A DNA stretch of 64,000 nucleotides from a virus. A program made the translations under genes and the position numbers. The stretch lies in the UHGV virus genome UHGV-1374671, one strand, 5' to 3'. The stretch's first letter is position 1; each line of letters starts with the position of its first letter. This document shows, in pieces, positions 19,205-29,128 of the stretch. The notes under the pieces are model-generated. The model made no database searches, had not been told where the DNA came from, and worked only from the letters and a program-made list of their open reading frames with translations.

Positions 19205-19806
19205 TGTTCATAACAGTGAGCAGAATCAACAGCAGACACCAGCAGGACTTCATGCAGACCGGTCAGGCGGAGCTTCGTCCCGTGTACCAGATGGAGAGGT
19301 CGGCAATCATTGTCGGCAAGATGGTGTATCAGGATCTGAACCAGGCTCCGGGCTTCAACAACTTCGAGCAGGCAGTACAGAACTGGAACCGCAACGGTGG
19401 AGCAAATCAGCCGAAGATTCTCACGTCATTGCTGACCTTGACCGATGGACAGCCTACGCAGGTGGGAAGATACACAAACTATTTCATGGTGCGCATGCAG
19501 GGATACATCAGGTTGAACAAGGCGGGCACCTGGATCATGTACGCGAATCAGGACGACTATCTGGCAGTGAGATTCGGGACCGCCACCGGACAGCATATAG
19601 GACCTTCCGGCAGTCAGAATGAGATCTGCACTTATCAGGCATCAAGCGGAGGCTGGGTGGAATTCGACATGGTGTTTCAGGAAAACGGGGGCAACCAATA
19701 TTACGGATTCTGGTTGCAGGGACCTGATTCCGGTGGTATGACAGAATTACAGCCAGCAGAAGTGGGATACTCCCAGAATCTGCTGGCTAAGGACTTCACT
19801 TACTGA
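19204..19806 (+). CDS. MFxxSR-family small protein 4 of 4, PA14-like
   Basis: N-terminus MFITVSRIN. YFMVRMQGYIRLNKAGTWIMYANQDDYLAVRFG resembles PA14. Confidence 0.55.
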   Translation: MFITVSRINSRHQQDFMQTGQAELRPVYQMERSAIIVGKMVYQDLNQAPGFNNFEQAVQNWNRNGGANQPKILTSLLTLTDGQPTQVGRYTNYFMVRMQGYIRLNKAGTWIMYANQDDYLAVRFGTATGQHIGPSGSQNEICTYQASSGGWVEFDMVFQENGGNQYYGFWLQGPDSGGMTELQPAEVGYSQNLLAKDFTY

Positions 19807-20287
19807 GCTTTTTCAGATTGCCCAGTTCTGCGCGGGTTTTCAGATACCTGGATCTGTACATGCGGATCGTCTTTTTCAGTTCCGCTTTCTCCGCTTCCAT
19901 GTTCTGTATTTTTTCCAGAAGCTGCTGCCGGTTGTTGAACAACTTCATCATGTTGGACGGCAGTAGTTGAAGCCCATGTTCGTACAGCGCCCGGCACGCG
20001 TTCTGCTCTTCCTCCGACAACACCAAAAACAACTGGGTTGCGAGCAGGTTTCTTTCCGCTACCAGGCGGACCGCATAATCCGATACACGCCCTTTGGTGA
20101 ATTTCAATACCTTCTCGGTAACGCTTATGGCATCCAGTTTAAGAATGTCGTAACCGGCATTGATCAGATCATCAATTGTATCCGATACGAGGGCATCAAT
20201 GTCGTAGTCTGCGTTTGCTCTGGGCACATAGGACGGATCCTGCAAGGCTTTGCTCCGTTCGATGTCATATTCCTTAAGCTCTTTCAC
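19796..20287 (-). CDS. hypothetical coiled-coil protein (leftward operon, third gene)
   Basis: GTG start with AAAGGGA. 3' end overlaps the convergent gene 19204-19806 by 11 bp. Confidence 0.5.
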   Translation of the reverse strand: MKELKEYDIERSKALQDPSYVPRANADYDIDALVSDTIDDLINAGYDILKLDAISVTEKVLKFTKGRVSDYAVRLVAERNLLATQLFLVLSEEEQNACRALYEHGLQLLPSNMMKLFNNRQQLLEKIQNMEAEKAELKKTIRMYRSRYLKTRAELGNLKKLSK

Positions 20288-20567
20288 TGTGTTTCCCTTT
20301 CTGTATGCGTCTGATGTCGTTCACGGTATAGAACGGCAGCTTTCTGGACTCCATACGGGGAACCACCCCGTACTTCTTGCAGAGCCTTCTCAGTGTGGGC
20401 TGATTGATGCCGCCTAGAATCTCCCTGGCCGTCTTGGCGCTGAAACAATAATCCCCGTCCACGACCTCCACTTTCATGGCGTCCTTGATGTATGCGATCT
20501 GGATGGCCGACAGGCTGCTGTCCAGCAGCATCAGCCTTTCAATGGATTCACGGATGTTGTCCAGCAT
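20274..20567 (-). CDS. small HTH DNA-binding protein (excisionase/AlpA-like helix-turn-helix)
   Basis: SD AAAGAGGAGA. FSAKTAREILGGINQPTLRRLCKKYGVVP is a typical HTH. Confidence 0.55.
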   Translation of the reverse strand: MLDNIRESIERLMLLDSSLSAIQIAYIKDAMKVEVVDGDYCFSAKTAREILGGINQPTLRRLCKKYGVVPRMESRKLPFYTVNDIRRIQKGKHSERA

Positions 20568-21064
20568 TATCTGGTCTCCTCTTTGGCGCGCTTCTGCGCG
20601 ACGCGAAGCAGGATCAGGTAACCGAGCAGGTCCAGGATCACGTCTTCGTCATCGTCGGACTGCTGGTTGCGCAGCCTGGAGATCTTATCGTCCAGGCGTA
20701 CTTTGATCTGTTCCACCGGGTCCGCTTTGGAGAACACCCGTACCGGATTCAACGCCGAGTCCCCGTATTTTCGATTCTTCTCCAGGAGCAGACTCTTGAT
20801 CTCGTCACAGGCGGAGACAATGTCCTGCTGAGACCGAGTCAGCTTGGGTTCCGTGGTTTCCTTGTCCTTCTTCGGCTGATCGTAGTGGCGCCCAATGTGG
20901 ACCCAGTCCTCTCTGTACGACGTCTGGTGGCATTGCGGACACTCGAACAGCACCCTGGCCGGCCTTTCAGCTGATTCGATGTTAGTGGACACGCCCAGAG
21001 AAGCCTCAGAGCACAGTCTCCCGCACATGGGACACTGCAGCGACACCGTATAAATTGACTCCAT
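20567..21064 (-). CDS. Zn-ribbon protein with MazG/DUF1599-like helical C-terminus (tentative)
   Basis: SD AAAGGAGGT. CPMCGRLC...CPQCHQ, then KYGDSALNPVRVFSKAD...DEDVILDLLGYLILL, which resembles MazG-type NTP pyrophosphohydrolase helices. Confidence 0.5.
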   Translation of the reverse strand: MESIYTVSLQCPMCGRLCSEASLGVSTNIESAERPARVLFECPQCHQTSYREDWVHIGRHYDQPKKDKETTEPKLTRSQQDIVSACDEIKSLLLEKNRKYGDSALNPVRVFSKADPVEQIKVRLDDKISRLRNQQSDDDEDVILDLLGYLILLRVAQKRAKEETR

Positions 21065-21215
21065 GTCAACTGACCTCCTTTTGGTTGGTTTGCGATCCTA
21101 ATATAACGCTCTGCCCTGAGCAGGAATGTTCGCAATATGACGCTTAAACTCAGGGCCTTTCGCCACGTGCGTTTACGCAGAAACTACCCTCAAAGGACAA
21201 GTTTCTTTTTTACAC

Positions 21216-21247
21216 TTGACTTGGTATGGTAAGTGGAAACCATACCA
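21216..21247 (+). promoter_or_regulatory. promoter-like TTGACT followed by a perfect 9-bp inverted repeat TGGTATGGT-N8-ACCATACCA (operator-like)
   Basis: Read directly from the sequence in the divergent intergenic region 21065-21267. Confidence 0.45.
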
Positions 21248-21267
21248 AGTACATAAGGCAGACCTCT

Positions 21268-21852
21268 ATGACCAAAGACGAATTCCGGGAGTTCATTCTT
21301 CAAGAAAGCGGTATCATCCAGTCCGACCCCACTGGCTTCAGTGTGTGTCACAGCTGTGGAGCCACAGGGGACTCCTTTGAGGAATCTGTCCGGCACCTGC
21401 CAAGCTGCAAGCTGATGCAGGCCCTCCAGATGATCACGCACGACATGCCGGACACTTTTATACTCGGAGTAGAAAATCAACTGACTGTGACCACGCTGCT
21501 GGACTTCATCCAGGCATTGGAACCGGAGGATGTCGCGTTCATAGATCAGCTCACCAGCAAAGTGCTGGAGGCGAAGGACGTCGAGACGCGGGAGTCGTAC
21601 TGGAGACCGCTGATTGGCTGGGCACCCAGCGCGAACCCGTCGCTGGTGCTGGCCATTGTACGGAAGGGCCTGAAGAACGATACGCAGCGCATCAGCTTCC
21701 GTAATTACATGATCTTCGAGAAGGCCACCAGCCAGTCGCTGGAGACGATACAGAAGCAGCTGCAGGACGTGCTGGACACCAGGGAAAAGGCCGGGAAGGT
21801 GTTTGACAATCTGTTCCGTAAGAAATATAATGTGCCTCTGGATGGCGCATAA
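21268..21852 (+). CDS. hypothetical protein
   Basis: The track start at 21226 lies inside the inverted repeat. The ATG at 21268 has AAGG 10 nt upstream. No domain recognised. Confidence 0.5.
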   Translation: MTKDEFREFILQESGIIQSDPTGFSVCHSCGATGDSFEESVRHLPSCKLMQALQMITHDMPDTFILGVENQLTVTTLLDFIQALEPEDVAFIDQLTSKVLEAKDVETRESYWRPLIGWAPSANPSLVLAIVRKGLKNDTQRISFRNYMIFEKATSQSLETIQKQLQDVLDTREKAGKVFDNLFRKKYNVPLDGA

Positions 21853-21896
21853 CGCTGCCCATATCATAAAGGCTCTGTAATGACAAGGAGAACGGC

Positions 21897-23789
21897 ATGG
21901 CAGTTTTAGATAATCCGGTGGGGGGTCGCGGCGGGTTGCACAACCCGTTTCGCACATACTCCAACTTCGTATATCCCCGCACCATCGACGAGGTGTTCAT
22001 CTGGGCCCTGTGGTTCTGGGACCGCAACCCGAAGTACAGGAACGCGCTTCAGAAGGTGGTTTCGTACTTCGTGGCCGGACTCAACGTGCAGCAGGACAAC
22101 ACGGCGGACGACGTGGACGAGGACATCGTCCGCCAGTTCGAGGAACTGCTGACTGAGAACTACAACGCGCTGCCTTTGATTGTGGCTTTCGGCGTGGAGC
22201 TGGCCGCCATGGGCAATGTGTTCGTGTCTGCCGAGCGGATCTTCACCCGTCAGCTGCTGTGTCCGACGAAGGGCTGTGGATGGCAGATGCCGGTGAAGCA
22301 GCTGCACAAGGGGATTGACTACAACTGGAACGGGCGCAACTTCACAGGACGCTGTCCTCAGTGCCACAAGGACGTCACATACAAGTTCAAGGATGTGAAG
22401 AGCGAGGACGCGTACGGGAGAAAGATCCGGTTCGTGTTCCGCGACGCCGTGGATATGCTGATCCAGTACAACCGACTCACCGGGACCTACAAGTATTACT
22501 ACAAAATGCCGGGGCAGATCAAGAATGCGATCAAGCGCGGGGACGCGGTCTATCTGGAGGATGCACCCAAGGTGTTCCTGGACGCCGCTGTCAACGACTC
22601 GCTGATCGAGTTCTATCAGGACAAGTTCTTCTCCATGCGGACCACCACCCTGACCGAGCTTGACAGGCTCTACAAGGGATGGGGAGTGCCGCTTTTCATG
22701 AACGGGTTCGACAACTTCATCCGGCTCCAGCATCTGGACAAGTTCAATGAAGCTGTGACCATGGACTACATTGCACCTGTTCGTATGCTTTCTCCCCAGC
22801 CCGCCAACCTGAAGTCAGGCGTGGATGACCCGAATCGCAATCAGCCCATCAGCGGACACATTTTCCGGAACATGATGCAGCAGTCCCTGAAGCAGGTAAA
22901 GGAGAATCCGACCACCTGGATCATCTCTCCGATCCCGGTTCAGTATCAGATGCTCGGAGGAGAGGCCAAACAGCTGGCTCCCGTGGAACTGATGGAGTGG
23001 TACACCAGCCAGATCCTGGCCGACATGGGCATTCCGCAGGAGTTCCGTCAGACCACGTTCCAGGTGGTCGCCCCCACCATGGGTCTTCGTATGTTTGAGC
23101 GACAGTGGGTGCACTTCGCCAAAGGGCTGAACACATTCACGCGCTGGATGGCGGAACAGATAGCCGAGGCTCACAACTTCGAGCAGATGTCCTGTTCTCT
23201 GGACATGACCTCCTTTGTGGAGGATGATATGAACAAGCAGATGACGTTCCAGCTGATGACCGGTGGGGTCATCTCCAAGACCAATACCTTGAAACGCATT
23301 GGTATCGACTACGAGGAAGACACCAAGCAGCGGATCAAGGAGCAGAAGCGCGAGATGGAACTCGGCAATGAGATGCAGGAGGAGCAGGAGAACTCCGAGA
23401 TGGTGAAATCCGTCATCCCGCCCGCAGCGGCTCCAGGCATCGGGCAGGCTACGGCCAACATCCAGGCAATGGAAGCAGCCGCCCAGGGACAGGCACCGGG
23501 TATGCCTGCGGCCCCGGCGGGCGCAATGCCGCCTGCGGCACCGGCCGGAGGAGGCCTGCCCTTCAATCAGGGAGCTTCGGAGGCCGCCAGCATCGACCAG
23601 ATGTTCCAGCAGGCCCAGCAGATTGCCGGAGAGCTGTACACGCTGCCTGAAGCGCAGCGCAGGTCTCAGTTGGTGCAGCTGAAGAACACGAATCCGCCGC
23701 TGCACGCAGCGGTCAAGCAGATGCTGACCGACATGAAGCAGGACGTGGCTTCGCAAGCCGTGCAGCAGAGTCAGCAACCGCAGGGATAA
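21897..23789 (+). CDS. portal-like / head-tail connector-like protein (tentative) with Pro/Ala-rich low-complexity C-terminal third
   Basis: SD AAGGAGAA. Size and position at the head of a virion-type block. Assignment is by gestalt only. Confidence 0.4.
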   Translation: MAVLDNPVGGRGGLHNPFRTYSNFVYPRTIDEVFIWALWFWDRNPKYRNALQKVVSYFVAGLNVQQDNTADDVDEDIVRQFEELLTENYNALPLIVAFGVELAAMGNVFVSAERIFTRQLLCPTKGCGWQMPVKQLHKGIDYNWNGRNFTGRCPQCHKDVTYKFKDVKSEDAYGRKIRFVFRDAVDMLIQYNRLTGTYKYYYKMPGQIKNAIKRGDAVYLEDAPKVFLDAAVNDSLIEFYQDKFFSMRTTTLTELDRLYKGWGVPLFMNGFDNFIRLQHLDKFNEAVTMDYIAPVRMLSPQPANLKSGVDDPNRNQPISGHIFRNMMQQSLKQVKENPTTWIISPIPVQYQMLGGEAKQLAPVELMEWYTSQILADMGIPQEFRQTTFQVVAPTMGLRMFERQWVHFAKGLNTFTRWMAEQIAEAHNFEQMSCSLDMTSFVEDDMNKQMTFQLMTGGVISKTNTLKRIGIDYEEDTKQRIKEQKREMELGNEMQEEQENSEMVKSVIPPAAAPGIGQATANIQAMEAAAQGQAPGMPAAPAGAMPPAAPAGGGLPFNQGASEAASIDQMFQQAQQIAGELYTLPEAQRRSQLVQLKNTNPPLHAAVKQMLTDMKQDVASQAVQQSQQPQG

Positions 23790-23801
23790 GGAGCGGCTAA
23801 C

Positions 23802-26294
23802 ATGAATTACAGACACCTGTACAAGACGGCGGCTCCCACCCAGCCGGCGCAGAAACAAACCTCAGCACAGCCGCAAAAACCCCAGCAGCCGGCTGGCAAC
23901 AGCGCGGCTCTGAAACTTAACATGAACAAGATGCCGGGCCTGGGTGATTCCAAGGAATACCGGGAGATGTGGTGGAACACCCGTCGCACCCAGGAACGCG
24001 ACAACGCGCTGAACGAATATCAGAAGGCGTCCCCTGACATCAAGTCCAAGTACAAGACCGCCGACGAGTATGTGGAATGGAAGATGAACCAGAACAGGTG
24101 GCGCTGGGATCCCAATGCTGCCCGCAGATACATCGGAGAGGGCTACACAGCCGGGCGCAAGGATGTGGAGGCCAATACCAGTCGCGACTGGTATACGCTG
24201 TGGATGACCAAGAACATCGACGAAGACTGGTTGATGCAGAACGCCAGTCAGAAGGCGCCCACGGATCCAGTCGAGTTTGCTCGTTGGAAGAACTACCAGA
24301 ACGCAGTCAGCGGTGCTGCCAACGCCACGGAAGCGGAGACGTCCGCCAATGCCAACGCCGGCATGTACGTAGCCGGAAAGGCATTGGACGGAGTTACCGC
24401 CGGTGTCGGAAATGTCGGAGGGCGGTTCACTGAGGCCGTCACTGGACAGACCCAGGATGAGCTGGCAACCGAGTTCGGTGAATTTGCGGGTCAGGGCGCG
24501 GAACAGATGCTGAGAGGCGCCGGCACTGTTGCCGAGGTCGGTGCGTCTCTTCCAACATATGCGTTGGCAGGCAGTGCCGCCAGTGCGCTGAAGGCGGCCA
24601 ACCCGGTTGTTACGTTTGGTGGCAAGTTTGCACCCGCGCTGCAGCGCCTGGCCACATATGGAACCAATGTGGCTGGAAATACGCTGAACACCTACCGGAC
24701 GTTGAAACCGGTAGGGCGCACGCTTACCAACCTTGGCGACACGATAGACAACGGCGGCAAGACGGAAAGCGGGACTGCCAGTTTTATAGGCAATACCGGG
24801 CGCATTATGGGAGGCGTCGCTGAATCCATTGCAGACACTGCTCCATATTACACAGCAGTGGGAAGTTTAGGAACTTTCGGAAAGATCCCGGGTATAATCG
24901 GCAAATCCGTAATCCCAGCTGAACTTGCGTTGGATGCTCCTGAATTGGCGAACGAGGCTCTTTTGTTGACCAATGAAACATACCGATTACGCAACTCCAC
25001 TATCGAGACACAGAAGTACAACCAGCAGCAGTTGGATGAGATCAGCAAACAGTACAAAGTGGATGCTGTTCAGGCCAAGCAGATCTGGAGTGACTTTACA
25101 TACTATGACTGGGATAACAACATCCTGACCAAGTATCCGGAAGCAGCCAACAATCCTGACATGATGAATGCTCTCCGCATTCAAACTGCGATCGGCGCTG
25201 CCAAAGCCGGCAGCATGCTTCCGAACGGTGTGTTCGACCTGCCTGGTATGACCCAGGAGCAGCGTACCCAGATCTTCGAGACATGGGCCGCCAACATGGG
25301 GGCTGCCGATACATCCGCGTGGGACGCCACCAAGAGTCTGTTCAATGGGAAGTTTGTGCTTGGTGATCAATACAAGCACGAGAAATTCCAGGAGATGCTG
25401 AAGAACAACCCGCAGTTCAGGGAAACGGCGGATCAGTTCATGTCCACCAGCGTTGCGCACTATGTGCAGAACCCGACTAAGGAGGCAATGGATCCTGACA
25501 GCCTGATGTACTTCAACGAGTATTGCGAGACGATTGGACAGGCAGGTGTAGACAAGGTCATGGCAGGTCCGTTCTCACAGCTGAGCCCCGAACAGTGGTC
25601 GAATTTGATAAACCAGCAAGGTAACGCCGGGGCCAATCCCATGGTGCAGCGTGCAGCCACCAAACAGCTGCTCAATGAAGTGAATGCCGATCCTGCCAAG
25701 GGCGGAGCGCTGCTCCCTGTGCTGATCGACCAGATGAAACAGGGCAAGGGCGGCTATGCGACGGACCAGGAGCTGAAGCCGAAAATCAATGCCATGCTCA
25801 AGAGCTGGGACCAGGAGAAATTTGACAAGTTCGCTGAGGCCGGCATCGACGCGTTCGAGGACGACGAGCAGTTCTACACTTTTGCCAAGTCCATGGTGTC
25901 AGGCAGCAGCGATGCGCTGGATGGCGTTCCGGACGAAGCGAAGGCGAAGCTGGAAGCCGGGTTCACTAAGGCAGTGAAGTCCCGTGTGTTCGATTCCGTG
26001 TTGAAGAATCCTGGAAACATGCACAAGGCCGTCGGGCTGTGGTTGCGCACCAAAGGCCAGGGTGGCATGGCAGACTCCATCGAGAACAACCCGTGGGTGT
26101 TCTACGGCGGACTGGCATTGCTGGTAGGCGGTGTCGGTGCCCTGACGCTGGGAGCGTTCTCCGGTAACGATGACGAGGAAGAGGAGGATGACGATGCCGC
26201 ATATAAAAAGAGAGTGCGTGGCCGTTATATGAACTCATACGGGACGCCGTACACAACTGCTGACATTATGAGGTCGTTAGAATATGGCGAATGA
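23802..26294 (+). CDS. large hypothetical virion-type protein with C-terminal TM helix and acidic tail
   Basis: SD AAGGAG. C-terminus GGLALLVGGVGALTLGAF, then DDEEEEDDD. Confidence 0.55.
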   Translation: MNYRHLYKTAAPTQPAQKQTSAQPQKPQQPAGNSAALKLNMNKMPGLGDSKEYREMWWNTRRTQERDNALNEYQKASPDIKSKYKTADEYVEWKMNQNRWRWDPNAARRYIGEGYTAGRKDVEANTSRDWYTLWMTKNIDEDWLMQNASQKAPTDPVEFARWKNYQNAVSGAANATEAETSANANAGMYVAGKALDGVTAGVGNVGGRFTEAVTGQTQDELATEFGEFAGQGAEQMLRGAGTVAEVGASLPTYALAGSAASALKAANPVVTFGGKFAPALQRLATYGTNVAGNTLNTYRTLKPVGRTLTNLGDTIDNGGKTESGTASFIGNTGRIMGGVAESIADTAPYYTAVGSLGTFGKIPGIIGKSVIPAELALDAPELANEALLLTNETYRLRNSTIETQKYNQQQLDEISKQYKVDAVQAKQIWSDFTYYDWDNNILTKYPEAANNPDMMNALRIQTAIGAAKAGSMLPNGVFDLPGMTQEQRTQIFETWAANMGAADTSAWDATKSLFNGKFVLGDQYKHEKFQEMLKNNPQFRETADQFMSTSVAHYVQNPTKEAMDPDSLMYFNEYCETIGQAGVDKVMAGPFSQLSPEQWSNLINQQGNAGANPMVQRAATKQLLNEVNADPAKGGALLPVLIDQMKQGKGGYATDQELKPKINAMLKSWDQEKFDKFAEAGIDAFEDDEQFYTFAKSMVSGSSDALDGVPDEAKAKLEAGFTKAVKSRVFDSVLKNPGNMHKAVGLWLRTKGQGGMADSIENNPWVFYGGLALLVGGVGALTLGAFSGNDDEEEEDDDAAYKKRVRGRYMNSYGTPYTTADIMRSLEYGE

Positions 26295-27201
26295 TCCTGC
26301 TGTTACGAACACCCCGTTTCTGCCAAAGAAACAGGATAACATCGTGTCCAGGGCGATTCAGGCCTATCAGAAGGTCGTGCCCAGTCCGCTGCTGCACGCC
26401 GCTCTGCTGGGAGCAGGCGCTTATGGTTTGACCCGGCTGGGTTGGAAACCCATTGTGGAGACCACCAGGTCGCTTGCCCGTGTTCCGGGCCGCGCCCTGG
26501 CCGGCATGTCGGACCAGGACTGGGACGCCGCGATGGACGAGCTGGGATCGGATCCTTCTTTCAGTCGCTGGATTCCGGCCGCAGTCGGCGCACTGGCTGC
26601 AGGCGGTGCGCTGGCCGCGCACTATCGTCCCAACAAACAGTACGGCGGATTGTTGAGCTGGAACGCGGACACGAAGTATTACCAGAACCCAGCCGAGCGT
26701 TTCCTGGCACCGGACACCAGCAATCAGTTCACGCCTCGCAGTGCGCAGGAGGATCGCTGGGTGAACCTCCTGCGCAAGACCGGTTCGCTGGACAAGACGG
26801 CGGACTCTCCTTACCTGTACGGAAATTATGTTCCGACCACGGACTTCTCCAAAGCACTCAATGCAGTCAGTGCGGTGGATCTGTTTGTGAACGACCCCTA
26901 TCTGCAGAACCAGGACTATGTGAGAAACCTGGGAACCTCCATCATCACCAATGCCGCCCAGCGGGAAGGCACCAGCCGACCCACGCTCGGCAGTGTGTTT
27001 GACAGCGCTGTGGACAAGATCGACAAGAAACTGTCGTTTGAAGGTCTCGCATCTGTAGGAGTGAAGTCACTGGTCGCCAACAGCGCAGCCAGGTTGTTCA
27101 CCAGTGCGCTGGGCGCAATGACGGATCTGGATCCGAGAGCCAGACAGAACATCATTGATGCAGGTACGTGGGCTGGAGCCATTACTGCTATTTTGGAATA
27201 A
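26284..27201 (+). CDS. membrane protein, glycine-zipper-like helices
   Basis: LLHAALLGAGAYGL, WIPAAVGALAAGGALAAHY. Confidence 0.5.
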   Translation: MANDPAVTNTPFLPKKQDNIVSRAIQAYQKVVPSPLLHAALLGAGAYGLTRLGWKPIVETTRSLARVPGRALAGMSDQDWDAAMDELGSDPSFSRWIPAAVGALAAGGALAAHYRPNKQYGGLLSWNADTKYYQNPAERFLAPDTSNQFTPRSAQEDRWVNLLRKTGSLDKTADSPYLYGNYVPTTDFSKALNAVSAVDLFVNDPYLQNQDYVRNLGTSIITNAAQREGTSRPTLGSVFDSAVDKIDKKLSFEGLASVGVKSLVANSAARLFTSALGAMTDLDPRARQNIIDAGTWAGAITAILE

Positions 27202-27212
27202 AGGAGACTTTC

Positions 27213-27548
27213 ATGGATATTCGCAAAAATGTGTACGGGCTTCAGAAAGAAGCGCTCGGATTGTCAGATATCACTGGAGCCGTAGGTGATCTCATTCATC
27301 TGGGCGGACAGGTTATCACGGAGGGCGGTGTTTATGTGCTGGCCGCTGCTGGCGCTGCTGGTATGGGTCTCGGTTACGCAGCTGCACAGATGACCGCTCA
27401 CGGTCCCCAGGACGAGGAAACCGCCAAGAAGGAGTACGTGAACGAGCGGCTCAAGGCGGATCTGGGATACCTGAGCGGCAAGACGAAGCTGGAGTACAAG
27501 GACTTCATCAATAAAGAAAAGCCGAAACCGGCCCGGGTGATCGCATGA
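27213..27548 (+). CDS. small glycine-zipper membrane protein
   Basis: SD AGGAG. AAAGAAGMGLGYAAAQM. Confidence 0.5.
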   Translation: MDIRKNVYGLQKEALGLSDITGAVGDLIHLGGQVITEGGVYVLAAAGAAGMGLGYAAAQMTAHGPQDEETAKKEYVNERLKADLGYLSGKTKLEYKDFINKEKPKPARVIA

Positions 27549-28018
27549 TCAAAGTGCAGAAAAAGGAAGCCGAGCTTGATCCAGGAGAGCTGGTAAGCTC
27601 CCATGACGCTGGGCTTGTTTTAGACAGCATGCTTCCTCAGGACGGCACGCAGCAGCCTCACGAACTGGACCCGCTGGGCAATGCCCTGTACAGTTACAAA
27701 TTCGAGGACCGGATCAACGGCATCGTTGTGGCGGAACAGGACAGAAAGCTGCCGATCGATCGCGAGGATCTTCTGTCCGTGGCGTTCAGGCTAAAGAGTA
27801 CGGAGCGCTCCTGGGTGTTCTGGATGTCTCCGGAACACGAGGAGAACTGCAAGAAATACGCGGAGTTGTTGAACCGGGCCAACGAGGGTCGGGTTCGCAT
27901 AGTGGAAGAGACCAAGCAGTACGACACTGCAAAGAGTGCGTTTATGGTTTGGATTCGGTATTACGAATGCGAGTTTGAGCTGCATCCTCGCTTTGAATAC
28001 TTACGCAAGGAACAGTAA
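27545..28018 (+). CDS. hypothetical protein
   Basis: ATGA overlap with the upstream gene. Confidence 0.5.
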   Translation: MIKVQKKEAELDPGELVSSHDAGLVLDSMLPQDGTQQPHELDPLGNALYSYKFEDRINGIVVAEQDRKLPIDREDLLSVAFRLKSTERSWVFWMSPEHEENCKKYAELLNRANEGRVRIVEETKQYDTAKSAFMVWIRYYECEFELHPRFEYLRKEQ

Positions 28019-28021
28019 AAT

Positions 28022-29125
28022 ATGAACAAAGAAGCAGAAAAACCTTTGAGCTACGCTGGTACTGGTCCTGCCTACTCGTACCTGTCCACGCTGAATCCCA
28101 TTTCCGGAGTCACCGGAGGCGGTGACCGTTTTCCGGAATGGATTGCCAGAATGTTTCCCGGCAATCCTCAGGCCGCGCATATGACGTTTAAGCTGGGCGC
28201 TCTCGGGTTGCTGACCGCAGGTGTTGTCGGTAGCGCGCGAATGATCAAGCACTTCAACAATATGGCCGACCTGGCGGAAAAGGACAATCCGGCAGGCAAG
28301 CTGCACTCGCAGCTGTCCACCACGTTTGAGGTTCCCATGAGCCCTGGCGATGCACATAAGGGGTCGGAAAAAGACAAGACTGTCAACAAGGCAAAGCAGT
28401 GGATCCGGCAGCGTGTCGGCCAGGTGGTCGACACTGCGAAGAGCGACGTTAGCGCAGTCACCGGACTCTTTACAGGCAAGACTGCTGCCATCAATGTGAT
28501 CGAAGACCCGAATCGCGGCATCGAGTATACTCCCAAGAGCCTGTCCATGGGCAATGCTATCAGCATGGCGGCGCCTCTGGGCGTTATGCTGCTGGCTGCT
28601 GGAGCTGGTTACAAACTCGCCGACAACATTGCCGGTGCGCGGCGCAACCGGCTGCTGGACGAGGCCATCAAGCGCAAGGCGGACGCCACCAAAGCTCTGA
28701 TGAAAACCCGTGCCAGGATTCCAAAGGGACTTGCAACGGAAAAGGACATCAAAAACACGCACGATATCATCAGCTCCGACGACATCTTCCTGAAGCAGGG
28801 ATCCACGCCGCTTACGCAGAAGGTGGTTTCGGCTGCAGGCCTGCTTGGCATCGCCATGATGTCGGCAACCGCGCTCGGCTCCTACAAGTACTTCTCCGCC
28901 AGTAATCCGAACAACATCAAGTACAAGGCGCTCAAGAAGGGCTTGTCCGAGTACGCCAAGCAGCGCACCAACCTTGCTCCGATCTCGGTGATCCCGACGG
29001 ACTCCGATGCGTTCTTCAAGGAGATCGACGGACCGGCTGCAACGGCTGCACCCAAGGCGACTCCGAGGTCGCTGCCCCAGTTCGATCCCAGTACGCTCAA
29101 CAACCCAATCTCGGTGTCGCTGTAA
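28022..29125 (+). CDS. multi-pass membrane protein with GxGY glycine-zipper helices
   Basis: GALGLLTAGVVGSA, MAAPLGVMLLAAGAGYKLA, AAGLLGIAMMSATALGSYKYF. Confidence 0.55.
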   Translation: MNKEAEKPLSYAGTGPAYSYLSTLNPISGVTGGGDRFPEWIARMFPGNPQAAHMTFKLGALGLLTAGVVGSARMIKHFNNMADLAEKDNPAGKLHSQLSTTFEVPMSPGDAHKGSEKDKTVNKAKQWIRQRVGQVVDTAKSDVSAVTGLFTGKTAAINVIEDPNRGIEYTPKSLSMGNAISMAAPLGVMLLAAGAGYKLADNIAGARRNRLLDEAIKRKADATKALMKTRARIPKGLATEKDIKNTHDIISSDDIFLKQGSTPLTQKVVSAAGLLGIAMMSATALGSYKYFSASNPNNIKYKALKKGLSEYAKQRTNLAPISVIPTDSDAFFKEIDGPAATAAPKATPRSLPQFDPSTLNNPISVSL

Positions 29126-29128
29126 CAA

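Noticed and set aside
21906-23858. Minus-strand ORFs 21906-22733 and 22815-23858
   Set aside because: Antisense to the portal-like gene. His/Leu/Val/Gly-rich and without an RBS.
28001-29128. 375-aa minus-strand ORF
   Set aside because: Antisense to the membrane-protein gene 28022-29125.
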